This document shows positions 40,822 through 50,660 of a stretch of 64,000 nucleotides of DNA, one piece after another. A program made the position numbers and the translations under genes. Under the pieces are notes generated by a model. That model was not told the origin of the DNA. It saw only the letters and a list, made by a program, of their open reading frames with translations, and did no database searches. Origin of the DNA: Oscillospiraceae bacterium (GTDB lineage: Bacteria; Bacillota; Clostridia; Oscillospirales; Oscillospiraceae); the NCBI GenBank assembly GCA_902779945.1, contig CACZDN010000003.1, forward strand, positions 16,549 to 80,548. Reading direction: 5' to 3'. Positions within the stretch are counted from its first letter, which is position 1. Each line of letters starts with the position of its first letter.

Positions 40822-43512
40822 TCAGCGGATGACAGCGCCGAAGTTCTTTTCGAGGGCGCCGAGGACCGCGCTCACCGTCTCCTCGGCGTGCTCGACCGTG
40901 AGAGTCTGCTCGTCCGAGCGCATGGTCAGCGAGAAGGCCACGGACTTCATGCCCGGCAGGACGTGGCTGCCGGTATACACGTCGAAGACGGCGCAGTCTT
41001 TGAGATACTTCCCGCCGTTTGCGAGGATGCAGTCGATGAGCTCGCCCGCGGGGATGTCGGCCCGGCAGACGACGGCGATGTCGCGCGTGACGGAGGGGAA
41101 GCGCGGCAGCGGTCTGTACACCGGCAGGGCGCCCTTCACGGCGTCCAGCGCGTCAAAGCGCAGCTCGGCGCAGTAAAACGCCGCGTCCACGCCGTAGTTT
41201 GCGGCGACCAGAGGGTGGATCTGGCCGAGGACGCCGATCTCCGTGTCGCCGACGAAGAGCTTCGCGCAGCGGCCGGGGTGATAGGCGGGGTTGTCCTTCT
41301 CCGCGACGAAGCGGGGTCTCGCGGTCCCCAGCTCCTTCAGGAGCTTTTCGACCCAGCCCTTGAGCGTGAAGAAGTCCATCTTCTCGCCGTAGCCGCCGAG
41401 GGAGACGATCTTCGGCTCGTCCGCCATGCCGTCGGGGCGTTTGCGGTAGATGCGGCCGATCTCGTACAGGGCGGCGGCCTTGTTGCGGTAGTTGTAGTTG
41501 CGCGTCAGGATCTCCAGCATGGAGGGCAGGATGGTCGTGCGCATGATGGAGGTGTCCTCGCCCAGGGGATTGAGGATGCGCAGGCTGTCGCGCAGCGGGG
41601 AATCCGCGGGCATACGGATCTTGTCGTAGTACGCGGGGCTGATGAAGGAGTAGGTGATGATCTCGTCCAGGCCCATGCTGCGGCAGCACTCGCCGATCCG
41701 CCGCTCCAGCTGCTGGAGCGGGGTGTAGCCGCCCGCGGTGGTGATGCCGCCGGTGAAGGTCGTGGGGATCTCGTTGTAGCCGTAGAAGCGGGCGACCTCC
41801 TCGGCGATGTCGGAGTAGTGCTCCACATCCGCGCGCCAGGAGGGGACGAAAATCGTATTGCCCTCGAGGGTGAAGCCGAGACGGACGAGGATGTCGCGCA
41901 TGGTCGCCTCGTCGATGTCGGTCCCGAGCAGGGCGTTGATCTTATCGGGCTCGAGCTTGACGGTGGTCTGCTTCAATTCGTTCGGGCAGACGTCGATGAC
42001 GCCGTCCACCACCTCGCCCGCGCCGAGCAGCTCGATGAGCTCGCACGCGCGCTGGACGGCCCTGTAGGTGTTCTGCGGGTCAAGGCCCTTCTCGTAGCGG
42101 GAGGAGGCGTCGGTCCTCATGCCGAGGGCCGTGGCGGTGCGGCGGATGGAGGTGCCGTTGAAGTTTGCCGACTCGAAGAGGACCATGGCCGTGTCGCCCA
42201 CGATCTCGCTGTTTGCGCCGCCCATGACGCCGGCCACGCCCACGGGCTTCTCGGTGTCGCAGATGCAGAGCATGGAGGGGCTGAGCTTTCTCTCCGCGCC
42301 GTCGAGGGTCCGGATCGTCTCGCCCTCTCTCGCGCAGCGGACGTGGATCTCGCCGCCCTTCACGCAGGCAAAGTCGAAGGCGTGCATGGGCTGGCCGTAC
42401 TCGAGCATGACGTAGTTGGTGATGTCGACAATGTTGTTGATGGGGCGCATTCCGGCGTTGCGGATACGCTCGCGCATCCAGGCAGGGGAGGGGGCGATCT
42501 TCACGTTCCGGACCATTCTTGCGGTATAGCGCACGCAGAGCGGGTCCTCAATGAAGATTTTCGTGAGGGCGTTGATATCGCCGCCGGCCTCGGCCTTCAC
42601 CGCCGGCTCGTGCAGCGTGAGCCCTCTGTTGAAGGTCACGGCGGCCTCGCGCGCAAGGCCGATCATGCACAGGCAGTCCGGGCGGTTCGGGGTGATCTCA
42701 AACTCGACCACATGGTCGTCCAGGCCCAGGAGCGCGCCCATATCGTCGCCGGGCCTGCAGTCCTCATGCAGGATGAGGATGCCGTCCGTGATGCAGTGGG
42801 GGAATTCCTCGGGCTTTGCGCGCAGGTCCTCCGGGGTGAGGACGCGGTTTTTCGCCGTGTCATAGGCCACGAGGTCGCCCGCGTGGAGGTTCTGTACGTC
42901 GCAGACGAGCTCCACGTCCGACGCGCCCGTATCCAGGACCGTGTCCCAGAGATTGACGCCGGCCGGAGCCAGCGCCCTGACCTGCGCCGCGACGACCTTG
43001 CCGAAGACCGTGTCGCCGGCCTTGATGTCGGCGGGGATCGAGGGCTTCGCGGGGTCGATGGCGTGGTAGTCGTTCAGAATCGCGGCGGGCCTGATGACGG
43101 CGTAGGGGAAGTCGTGCGCCGTGAGGTTCAGCTCGCGCAGGGAGCAGAGCATCCCTTCGGACGCAACGCCCCGGAGCTTGCCGCGGGTGATCTTCGCGCC
43201 GCTCGGCAGCAGGGAATTGTGCAGGGCCGCGGGGACCAGGTCGCCCTCGTGCACGTTCCACGCGCCGGTGCAGATCTGGACCGGCGCGTCCGCGCCCACG
43301 TCCAGCTGCGCGACCAGCATATGGTCGGAGTTCGGGTGCTTTTCGAGGCTGAGGATCCTGCCGACCTTCACGTTGCTGATGGTCCTGCTCAGGTCCTCCG
43401 TCACCTCCACCTTGGAGCCGGAGACGGTCATCGCCTCGGCGAAGGTCCTGTCGTCGATCTCCGAAAGCGGCAGCTCCACAAACTCATTGAGCCATTTTCT
43501 CGATAACTTCAT
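40822..43512 (-). CDS. pheT: Phenylalanine--tRNA ligase beta subunit, with ~110-aa insertion
   Basis: N-terminus MKLSRKWLNEFV, tRNA-binding OB domain, B3/4 and B5 domains, FDX-ACB C-terminus. 896 aa against the usual ~800. Confidence 0.9.
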   Translation of the reverse strand: MKLSRKWLNEFVELPLSEIDDRTFAEAMTVSGSKVEVTEDLSRTISNVKVGRILSLEKHPNSDHMLVAQLDVGADAPVQICTGAWNVHEGDLVPAALHNSLLPSGAKITRGKLRGVASEGMLCSLRELNLTAHDFPYAVIRPAAILNDYHAIDPAKPSIPADIKAGDTVFGKVVAAQVRALAPAGVNLWDTVLDTGASDVELVCDVQNLHAGDLVAYDTAKNRVLTPEDLRAKPEEFPHCITDGILILHEDCRPGDDMGALLGLDDHVVEFEITPNRPDCLCMIGLAREAAVTFNRGLTLHEPAVKAEAGGDINALTKIFIEDPLCVRYTARMVRNVKIAPSPAWMRERIRNAGMRPINNIVDITNYVMLEYGQPMHAFDFACVKGGEIHVRCAREGETIRTLDGAERKLSPSMLCICDTEKPVGVAGVMGGANSEIVGDTAMVLFESANFNGTSIRRTATALGMRTDASSRYEKGLDPQNTYRAVQRACELIELLGAGEVVDGVIDVCPNELKQTTVKLEPDKINALLGTDIDEATMRDILVRLGFTLEGNTIFVPSWRADVEHYSDIAEEVARFYGYNEIPTTFTGGITTAGGYTPLQQLERRIGECCRSMGLDEIITYSFISPAYYDKIRMPADSPLRDSLRILNPLGEDTSIMRTTILPSMLEILTRNYNYRNKAAALYEIGRIYRKRPDGMADEPKIVSLGGYGEKMDFFTLKGWVEKLLKELGTARPRFVAEKDNPAYHPGRCAKLFVGDTEIGVLGQIHPLVAANYGVDAAFYCAELRFDALDAVKGALPVYRPLPRFPSVTRDIAVVCRADIPAGELIDCILANGGKYLKDCAVFDVYTGSHVLPGMKSVAFSLTMRSDEQTLTVEHAEETVSAVLGALEKNFGAVIR

Positions 43513-43527
43513 CTGCTTGCCCTCCCC

Positions 43528-44553
43528 TTAAAACTGCTCGAGGAATCTGACGTCGTTCTCGAAGATGAGACGCAGATCCGTGATCTTGTATTCGCCCATG
43601 GCCAGGCGCTCCAGACCCATGCCGAAGGCCCAGCCGGAGTACACGTCCGGGTCGATGCCGCAGCCGGCCAGCACCTTGGGGTGCACCATGCCGGCGCCCA
43701 GCACCTCGATCCAGCCCTCGCCCTTGCAGGTGGGGCAGCCCTTGCCGCCGCACTTGTGGCACTGAATGTCCATCTCGCAGCTCGGCTCGGTAAACGGGAA
43801 GTGGTGCGGGCGGAAGCGGGTGACGGTGCCCTCGCCGTAGATCTTTTCGACCACGAGGTTGAGCGTGGCCTTCAGATCCGCCATCGTGACGCCCTTGTCG
43901 ATGACCATGCCCTCAATCTGGTGGAACATGGGGGAGTGGGTGGCGTCCACCTCGTCCTTGCGGTAGACGCGGCCCGGCGCGATCATGCGGATGGGAAGGC
44001 TCCTGGTCTCCATCGCGTGGACCTGCATCGGCGAGGTCTGGGTGCGCAGGAGGATCTTCCCGTCCTCGGTGAAATAGAAGGTGTCGGTCCAGTCGCGGGA
44101 GGGGTGACCCTCGTCGATGTTGAGCTTTGTGAAGTTGTAGTCGGCAAGCTCCACCTCGGGCCCGTCGACGATCTCAAAGCCCATGCCGACGAAGATGTCC
44201 TTGATCTGGTCGAGGACGTTGTACATCGGGTGCTTGTGGCCGACGGGCTGCTCCTTGCCGGGCAGGGTCACGTCGACCGCCTCCGCCTCGAGCTGCTTTT
44301 CCAGCAGGACCTTCGAGAGAATGGTCTTGCGCAGCTCGATGGCCTCCTCGATTTCACTTCTGAGCTGGTTTGCGAGCTGCCCCATGACGGGGCGCTCCTC
44401 CGGGCTGAGCTTGCCCATCTGACGGAGGATGCCGGTCAGCTCGCCCTTTTTGCCGAGGTATTTGACACGGAGGGCCTCGATGCTCTCCGGGCTGTCGGAT
44501 TCGCTGATCGCCTTGATGGAAGCCTCTCTGAGGCTCTGCATGAGTTCTTTCAT
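43528..44553 (-). CDS. pheS: Phenylalanine--tRNA ligase alpha subunit
   Basis: Class II motifs ..GHKHPM.., FRPHHFPFTEPS.E and GAGMVHP.VL...G.D....G.AFG.G.ERL. Confidence 0.95.
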   Translation of the reverse strand: MKELMQSLREASIKAISESDSPESIEALRVKYLGKKGELTGILRQMGKLSPEERPVMGQLANQLRSEIEEAIELRKTILSKVLLEKQLEAEAVDVTLPGKEQPVGHKHPMYNVLDQIKDIFVGMGFEIVDGPEVELADYNFTKLNIDEGHPSRDWTDTFYFTEDGKILLRTQTSPMQVHAMETRSLPIRMIAPGRVYRKDEVDATHSPMFHQIEGMVIDKGVTMADLKATLNLVVEKIYGEGTVTRFRPHHFPFTEPSCEMDIQCHKCGGKGCPTCKGEGWIEVLGAGMVHPKVLAGCGIDPDVYSGWAFGMGLERLAMGEYKITDLRLIFENDVRFLEQF

Positions 44554-44556
44554 AAG

Positions 44557-44800
44557 CCTTCTTCTCCTGTAAAAAATAAAAGCCTCCGTCCCAAGAGGGA
44601 CGAAAGCAGAACTTCCGCGGTACCACCCACGTTCGGCACAGGGCCGCGCTCGTATCGCTTAACGCGCGAAAAACGCCGGTGTCTGGCCGGAGCTCCCGGG
44701 CGAACCAGGCGCCTGCCTTTTCAGGGGCTTCCAGCCGCCGGCCCCCGATCTCTGCAAAAGACGTTGCGCGCCATTTTCCCGTTCATCGCCATAACAGCAT
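44557..44800 (-). promoter_or_regulatory. T-box leader (Phe-specific) controlling pheST
   Basis: Minus strand has a GAUGA K-turn region, an AGAGA box and candidate specifier UUC (44702-44704). T-box sequence AACGUGGGUGGUACCGCGG lies at 44614-44632. Terminator cgtccc/gggacg plus U-run lies at 44569-44606. Confidence 0.85.
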
Positions 44801-44802
44801 AG

Positions 44803-44831
44803 AATTTATCACATCTGCACATATTTTGCAA
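44803..44831 (-). promoter_or_regulatory. Promoter of the pheST T-box leader
   Basis: Minus strand reads TTGCAA, 17-nt spacer, TAAATT. Confidence 0.55.
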
Positions 44832-44840
44832 GTGCTTTTT

Positions 44841-44888
44841 GAGCAGATGGCATATCTCGGATGTGAGCAGATGGCATATCTCGGATTT
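44841..44888. repeat. Tandem direct repeat, 2 x 24 bp
   Basis: gagcagatggcatatctcggat occurs at 44841-44862 and at 44865-44886, directly upstream of the pheS -35. Confidence 0.9.
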
Positions 44889-44896
44889 GCGCCCCC

Positions 44897-44932
44897 CTGT
44901 CTTTCTTTTCGCCTTGCCGAAAAGAAAGACAG
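44897..44932. repeat. Perfect 15-bp-stem inverted repeat
   Basis: ctgtctttcttttcg, 6-nt loop, cgaaaagaaagacag. Confidence 0.85.
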
Positions 44933-45137
44933 CGCCGCGCCGGGTTGCTCTCATACGCTTTCTGTTCCTGCGAGGAGTCCAGAGGAGTCTTCCTCTGGCC
45001 GCCTTTGTTTGGAATCCAAGAACCGTTTCTTTTCCCGACCGGAAAGAAATGGGTCTTGACCCGCCCCCGGTGAATAAACGTATAGTCATCCGCTCCTCCG
45101 CATAGGGTTGAACGAACAAAAACTTGCGGAGGTAAGC

Positions 45138-45701
45138 ATGAAACGCTGTATTTCTGTTCTCCTTCTCTGTGCCGCGCTGCTGCTCTCCGGCTGCGGAAAG
45201 CGGCGCGGTGAGAGCGATTTCCGGGATTTTTCCGAACGGATCAACAGTCTGGACGCCCTCTCCTTCACCGCGCAGGTCCGCGCCGAATACGAGCACAAGA
45301 CCGCGCGCTTCACCCTCTCCTACGGGGAGGACGGCGGGGGCGGGCGCGTCACGGTGATCGCCCCGGAGCTCATCCGCGGGGTGACGGCCCGCGTCAGCCC
45401 CGGCAGCAGCACGCTCGAGTACGACACGGTGGTGCTGGACACGGGCTCGCTCGACTCCTTCGGGCTCTCGCCGCTCTCGTCCCTGCCCGCGATGCTGCGC
45501 GCCCTGCGCATGGGGCACCTGGACAGCGTATGGGAGGAGGACGGCAAGACCGTCGTCCTGCTCGAGCCGGACGACGGTCTGCGCTGCTGCGTGTGGTTTT
45601 CCAAAGGGGAGTTCACGCCCCTGCGCGCCGAGCTCATCACCGACGGACGCGTCAAGGTCTATATCGAGATCGAGGACTGGACCGAGGGCGTCAGCGCGTG
45701 A
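45138..45701 (+). CDS. Putative lipoprotein, function unknown
   Basis: Lipobox LLLSGC after a signal sequence. RBS GCGGAGG before the ATG at 45138. Confidence 0.7.
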   Translation: MKRCISVLLLCAALLLSGCGKRRGESDFRDFSERINSLDALSFTAQVRAEYEHKTARFTLSYGEDGGGGRVTVIAPELIRGVTARVSPGSSTLEYDTVVLDTGSLDSFGLSPLSSLPAMLRALRMGHLDSVWEEDGKTVVLLEPDDGLRCCVWFSKGEFTPLRAELITDGRVKVYIEIEDWTEGVSA

Positions 45702-46395
45702 GCTCCTCCACCACGTACTGGCACAGAAGCATCCCGGCCGTCGCGGGCACCCAGATCAGCGAGCCGGGGACCGAGCGCCTGCCGGGGGGCGGGGCCTCAA
45801 ACTGCGCGGGTCTGATCGGCTCCTCAGGGCTGAACACCACGGGGTGGTGCTCCACGCCGCGCGCGCGCAGCTCCCTGCGGATCACGCGGGCGAAGGTGCA
45901 GCCGCTGGTATTGGCGATGTCGTCCAGCCGGAGCAGCTGCGCGTCCCGTTTGTTGCCGGTGCCGAGGGCCGAGACGATGTGGATGCCGCGCTCCCGGCAG
46001 GACAGAATGAGGTCGAGCTTGCAGGCCACAAGGTCGATGCAGTCGACCACGAAGTCGTAGTCGGAGAAGAAGGTCTCACGCGCGGCGGCCTCGTAGTGGC
46101 CCGCAATGCAGCGCACGCCGATCTCCGGGCTCACGCTCCTGAGACGCTCCGCCATCACGTCGGTCTTGAGGCGGCCGACGGTTTCGCAGGTCGCGCAGAG
46201 CTGGCGGTTTACATTGCTCAGGCCCACGGTATCGCGGTCCACGAGCGTCATGCGCCCCACGCCCGTGCGCGCCAGGGCCTCCGCGCACCAGGAGCCGACG
46301 CCGCCCAGCCCGAACACGGCGACGTGGCTGCTTTTCAGCCTCTCCATAGCCGCCGCCCCCAGCAGCATCTCCGCGCGTATCGTCCTCTCCTCCAT
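45691..46395 (-). CDS. tcdA: tRNA threonylcarbamoyladenosine dehydratase (ThiF/E1-like)
   Basis: VAVFGLGGVGSW..EALAR.GVG...LVD.D.V..SN.NRQ. RBS GGGAGGA before the ATG at 46395. Confidence 0.85.
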   Translation of the reverse strand: MEERTIRAEMLLGAAAMERLKSSHVAVFGLGGVGSWCAEALARTGVGRMTLVDRDTVGLSNVNRQLCATCETVGRLKTDVMAERLRSVSPEIGVRCIAGHYEAAARETFFSDYDFVVDCIDLVACKLDLILSCRERGIHIVSALGTGNKRDAQLLRLDDIANTSGCTFARVIRRELRARGVEHHPVVFSPEEPIRPAQFEAPPPGRRSVPGSLIWVPATAGMLLCQYVVEELTR

Positions 46396-46467
46396 GTGTT
46401 TCCTCCCGTCAGAATAAAAGGGCTGTCTCAAAACGTTTTGAGACAGCCTTTTGTGTCGATTCCGGAC

Positions 46468-48009
46468 TCAGCCGACGAACTTCATGCCGAAGCCGTCCTT
46501 GGTGGGATTGGCCTCCTCGGCCTTCGTCATCCACTCCTCCACGGCCCCGGTGCGCATGTCGCTCTGGGCAATGCTGCTGGAATAGAGCATCCCGTCGCCC
46601 ACGTAGTACATGACGTGGTAGCCGGCATAGCTGCCGCTCTCCCCGTAGACGATGCCGGTGTCGCCGCTCTTGTGGCCGCCGAAGCAGAAGTCGTTGAACT
46701 CCTGGACCATCTGGCCCTTTGCGACGTTCTCGTACAGGCCGCCGTTGGTGTTGGAGCCGGCGTCCTCGGAGTACTCCTCCGCAAGCTTCGCAAAGCTCTC
46801 CTCGGTCTTGTCGCCGCTCTCGTACTCGGCCAGGATCTCCTCGGCCTTTGCCTTCGCGGCGGCCTTGGCCTCGTCCGTGTAATTGCCTTCCTCGTCGGCC
46901 TCGGCCTTCACAAGGATGTGGCGGACGTTGGCGGTGGTGTAGTGGTTGTCGTCACGGGAGAGAAAGACCACGACGTAGCAGCCGCCGTCGTCGGGCTCGA
47001 CCGTGACGTCGCCCTCCTGGCGGGACTTGTCAAGCATCCACTCGGAGGCGGGGACGCCGCTGCCCTGAACTCTGGTCGGGTTGTTGGAGCTCTGACCCTC
47101 AGACTCGGCCGCGTTGTTGAGGCGGACGGCGGGGCTGTCTCCCTTGGCGGCCTTGTAGGTCTCCATGATCTTCTCGGCGGTCGCCTGCGCGGCGGCCAGG
47201 GTCTCCTCGGTGGGGGCGGAGCTGGTGTTGCCGTCGGCATCGGTGCTGTCCACTCTCTCGGCGGAGACGTAGCAGTAGGCGTAGTCGAAGAGGTCGTGCG
47301 AGCCCTCATAGCTCTCGTACTTCTCCTCGAGCTCCGCGTCCGTGTAGGTGAAGCTGTCGCTCAGCGCCTCGGACGCCTTGGAGGCGAGCAGGGCATCCTG
47401 ATAGGCGCCGCGGACGAGCTTTCTGTCGACGCCGGAGCCGTAGTTCGCGGCCAGCATCTTGTCGCCGTTGGCGTAGCCGTAGCTGCGGGCCTGCTCGTCG
47501 ATCCCGCTGAAGCTCGCGTCGAGCTGGGAGAGCTCGTCGGCGTCGAGGGTGATGCTGTTCTCGGCGGCGTATTTTTTCAGGATGGTCGTCTGGATCATGT
47601 CATGCCTCGCGGCGTCCATGAAGTAGTCCTTCCAGGTGCCGCCGTTCTCCAGCATCGGGCATTCCTGCTTCTCCAGGCCGCGGATGCCGTTGGAGGTGTC
47701 CAGACCGATGAGACTCGCGTAGGAGCCGTACTGGTTGGCAAAGTTCATGTACTCGTTCGAGTAGTAATAGCTGACCTCGGAGGTGTTGAAGTTCCTGTCG
47801 CCCACGGTGAAGGCGGTCAGCCTGTTCGTGATGCCGGAGTTGAGCACCAGAACCAGCACGACGACCAGCGCGACACAGACGGTGCCGATGGTCCAGCGGC
47901 GTTTCTTTTTCGCCTGCTCCTGAGCCTCCTTCTCGAGGGCAAGGGTCTTCTTGTCGGTGCCGGCCTCGCGGGCGGCCTGGCGGTTCTTTTTCTCGGTTGA
48001 TGCACTCAT
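46468..48009 (-). CDS. Membrane-anchored parvulin-type peptidyl-prolyl isomerase (PrsA/SurA-like)
   Basis: N-terminal TM anchor. PPIC domain: VRHILV......A....A..IL........F..LA..YS.D.GS..NGG. Confidence 0.8.
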   Translation of the reverse strand: MSASTEKKNRQAAREAGTDKKTLALEKEAQEQAKKKRRWTIGTVCVALVVVLVLVLNSGITNRLTAFTVGDRNFNTSEVSYYYSNEYMNFANQYGSYASLIGLDTSNGIRGLEKQECPMLENGGTWKDYFMDAARHDMIQTTILKKYAAENSITLDADELSQLDASFSGIDEQARSYGYANGDKMLAANYGSGVDRKLVRGAYQDALLASKASEALSDSFTYTDAELEEKYESYEGSHDLFDYAYCYVSAERVDSTDADGNTSSAPTEETLAAAQATAEKIMETYKAAKGDSPAVRLNNAAESEGQSSNNPTRVQGSGVPASEWMLDKSRQEGDVTVEPDDGGCYVVVFLSRDDNHYTTANVRHILVKAEADEEGNYTDEAKAAAKAKAEEILAEYESGDKTEESFAKLAEEYSEDAGSNTNGGLYENVAKGQMVQEFNDFCFGGHKSGDTGIVYGESGSYAGYHVMYYVGDGMLYSSSIAQSDMRTGAVEEWMTKAEEANPTKDGFGMKFVG

Positions 48010-48071
48010 GATGATCTCATCCTTTGCGTTTGTTACATAATATAGTAAGGGGAAAACTTGCAGACTCGCGT

Positions 48072-48100
48072 ATTATACCCCAAAGCGGCGCAGGTTTCAA
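48072..48100 (-). promoter_or_regulatory. Promoter of the PPIase gene
   Basis: Minus strand reads TTGAAA, 17-nt spacer, TATAAT. Confidence 0.6.
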
Positions 48101-48234
48101 GATGCTTTTCATATTTTGCCTTACGCGCGCATACAATATTCTCATGTTGCAATACGCCTCCCCGATCGGAGACTTGCGCGGATAAGTGTGCAGGTCTCTT
48201 CCCGGGGAGGCGTAAAAAAGGGGAGGAAGCGGAT

Positions 48235-48291
48235 ATGGACATCGACGATCTGATCTACGGCGACTGCGACCCCGGTCCCAGCAGCCGATAA
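48235..48291 (+). CDS. Candidate 18-aa mini-ORF (MDIDDLIYGDCDPGPSSR)
   Basis: ATG preceded by GGGGAGGA at 7-nt spacing. The stop is followed directly by the 48297-48328 hairpin. No homology known to me. Confidence 0.25.
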   Translation: MDIDDLIYGDCDPGPSSR

Positions 48292-48336
48292 AACTGAACC
48301 CTCCGGGAGCGGCATCTCCCGGAGGGTTCCCTTTTG
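48288..48336. terminator. Bidirectional terminator (prfB on minus strand)
   Basis: 12-bp stem aaccctccggga / tcccggagggtt, with T-rich flanks on both strands. Confidence 0.7.
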
Positions 48337-48356
48337 GCGAAAGCGGGCCGGCCTGT

Positions 48357-49463
48357 TCAGTTCTGCGCTCTCATAGAGAGGTAGGCGTTGATGAAGCCGT
48401 CCAGGTCGCCGTTCATGACGTTGTCGATGTTGCCGTTTTCGTACTCGGTGCGGTGGTCCTTCACGAGCTGGTAGGGCATGAAGACGTAGGAGCGGATCTG
48501 GCTGCCCCACTCGATCTTCATCTGGACGCCCTTGATGTCGCTGATCTTCTCCAGATGCTCGCGCTCCTTGATCTCGGCGAGTCTGGCGCGGAGCATGTCC
48601 TTGCAGTTTTCAAGATTCTGGAAGTGGCTGCGCTCCACCTGGCTCGACACGACGATGCCCGTCGGGATATGGGTCAGGCGCACGGCCGAGGAGGTCTTGT
48701 TGACCTTCTGCCCGCCCGCGCCGGAGGAACGGTATACGTCCATCTTGATATCCTCGTCCCGCAGCTCGATCTCGCTGTTGTCGGAGATCTCGGGCATGAC
48801 CTCCACCGCGGCGAAGGAGGTGTGGCGGCGGCCCGCGGCGTCAAAGGGGGAGACGCGCACGAGACGGTGGATGCCGTGCTCGCTCTTGAGGAAGCCGTAG
48901 GCGTTTTCGCCCTCGATCATGATGGTGGCGCTCTTGATGCCGGCCTCGTCCCCGTCCAGATAGTCCATCACGCGGACCTTGTAGCCGTGGCGGTCGGCCC
49001 ACATGTTGTACATGCGGTAGAGCATGGAGGCCCAGTCCTGCGCCTCGGTCCCGCCCGCGCCGGCGTGGAAGGTGAGGATGGCGTTGTTCGCGTCGTACTC
49101 CCCGGTCAGCAGGGTGGACAGGCGCGTGGACTCCATCTTCCGGGTGAACTCCGCAAACTCGCTCTGCAGCTCGGGCAGCATGGAGTCGTCGTCCTCCTCG
49201 ATGGCCATTTCGCACATGGTCATCATATCGTCCCAGGAGGCGCAGAGGCGGTTGAAGTTGTCCACCTTGTCCTTGAGATTTTTCAGGCGCTTCTGGACCT
49301 TCTGGGATTTCTCCACGTCGTTCCAGAAGCCCTCGCGGGCGGAGGCAGCCTCGAGCTCTTCGATCTCCTTCTGCGCAGGCTCCAGCTTGAGAGCGGTGCG
49401 CAGGACCTCGAGATCGGGCTTGCAGTTGTTGAGCTTTACCTTGTATTCGTCAAATTCCAGCAT
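48357..49463 (-). CDS. prfB: Peptide chain release factor 2, encoded without a programmed frameshift
   Basis: SPF motif (VRVSPFD) and GGQ motif (SGAGGQ). Continuous frame through the usual frameshift region. ATG at 49463 preferred over TTG at 49472. Confidence 0.9.
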   Translation of the reverse strand: MLEFDEYKVKLNNCKPDLEVLRTALKLEPAQKEIEELEAASAREGFWNDVEKSQKVQKRLKNLKDKVDNFNRLCASWDDMMTMCEMAIEEDDDSMLPELQSEFAEFTRKMESTRLSTLLTGEYDANNAILTFHAGAGGTEAQDWASMLYRMYNMWADRHGYKVRVMDYLDGDEAGIKSATIMIEGENAYGFLKSEHGIHRLVRVSPFDAAGRRHTSFAAVEVMPEISDNSEIELRDEDIKMDVYRSSGAGGQKVNKTSSAVRLTHIPTGIVVSSQVERSHFQNLENCKDMLRARLAEIKEREHLEKISDIKGVQMKIEWGSQIRSYVFMPYQLVKDHRTEYENGNIDNVMNGDLDGFINAYLSMRAQN

Positions 49464-49515
49464 ATCAGTCAAATCACTTTCGTATAAATTGTCTACTTGA
49501 AATCAGCGGTATAAT

Positions 49516-49544
49516 ATTATACACAAAAAGCGGCCTCTTGTAAA
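49516..49544 (-). promoter_or_regulatory. Promoter of prfB
   Basis: Minus strand reads TTTACA, 17-nt spacer, TATAAT. Confidence 0.6.
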
Positions 49545-49610
49545 TTCCTATTTTTATTTTGTTTCATGGTCCGGAAAGCGCTAAAAGTTCTTCCCATTTT
49601 CGCGCCCGGG

Positions 49611-49619
49611 TGTTATAAT
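49611..49619 (+). promoter_or_regulatory. Extended -10 (TGTTATAAT) upstream of prs
   Basis: Reads tgtTATAAT, about 75 nt before the prs ATG. Confidence 0.4.
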
Positions 49620-49694
49620 ACGATTGATTACATGCCGGACGCGCGCGTCTGGAGCTTTTACAGATCCGAGAAAGCGATACGGAGGGACTGTCAT

Positions 49695-50657
<963 letters not shown>

Positions 50658-50660
50658 AAC

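Noticed and set aside
44841-44888. Possible CRISPR-like array. The 41-bp repeats at 11862 and 12024 were considered for the same reason.
   Set aside because: There are only two units, with no spacers (the 24-bp units are contiguous). The 41-bp repeats are in-frame coding repeats inside a gene. No cas genes are present in the window.
48357-49472. Expected programmed +1 frameshift site in prfB.
   Set aside because: The RF2 frame is continuous. Where B. subtilis (from memory) has L-TGA-D, this sequence reads ..LRTALKLEPAQ... There is no in-frame stop, so this is a non-frameshifted prfB, as occurs in some lineages. It is not an anomaly I can support further.
49510-49521. Palindromic TATAATATTATA, considered as two face-to-face -10 boxes that would also drive a plus-strand transcript toward prs.
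   Set aside because: Only the minus-strand copy has a well-spaced -35 (TTTACA, 17 nt). The plus-strand copy has none, and prs has its own extended -10 at 49611-49619.
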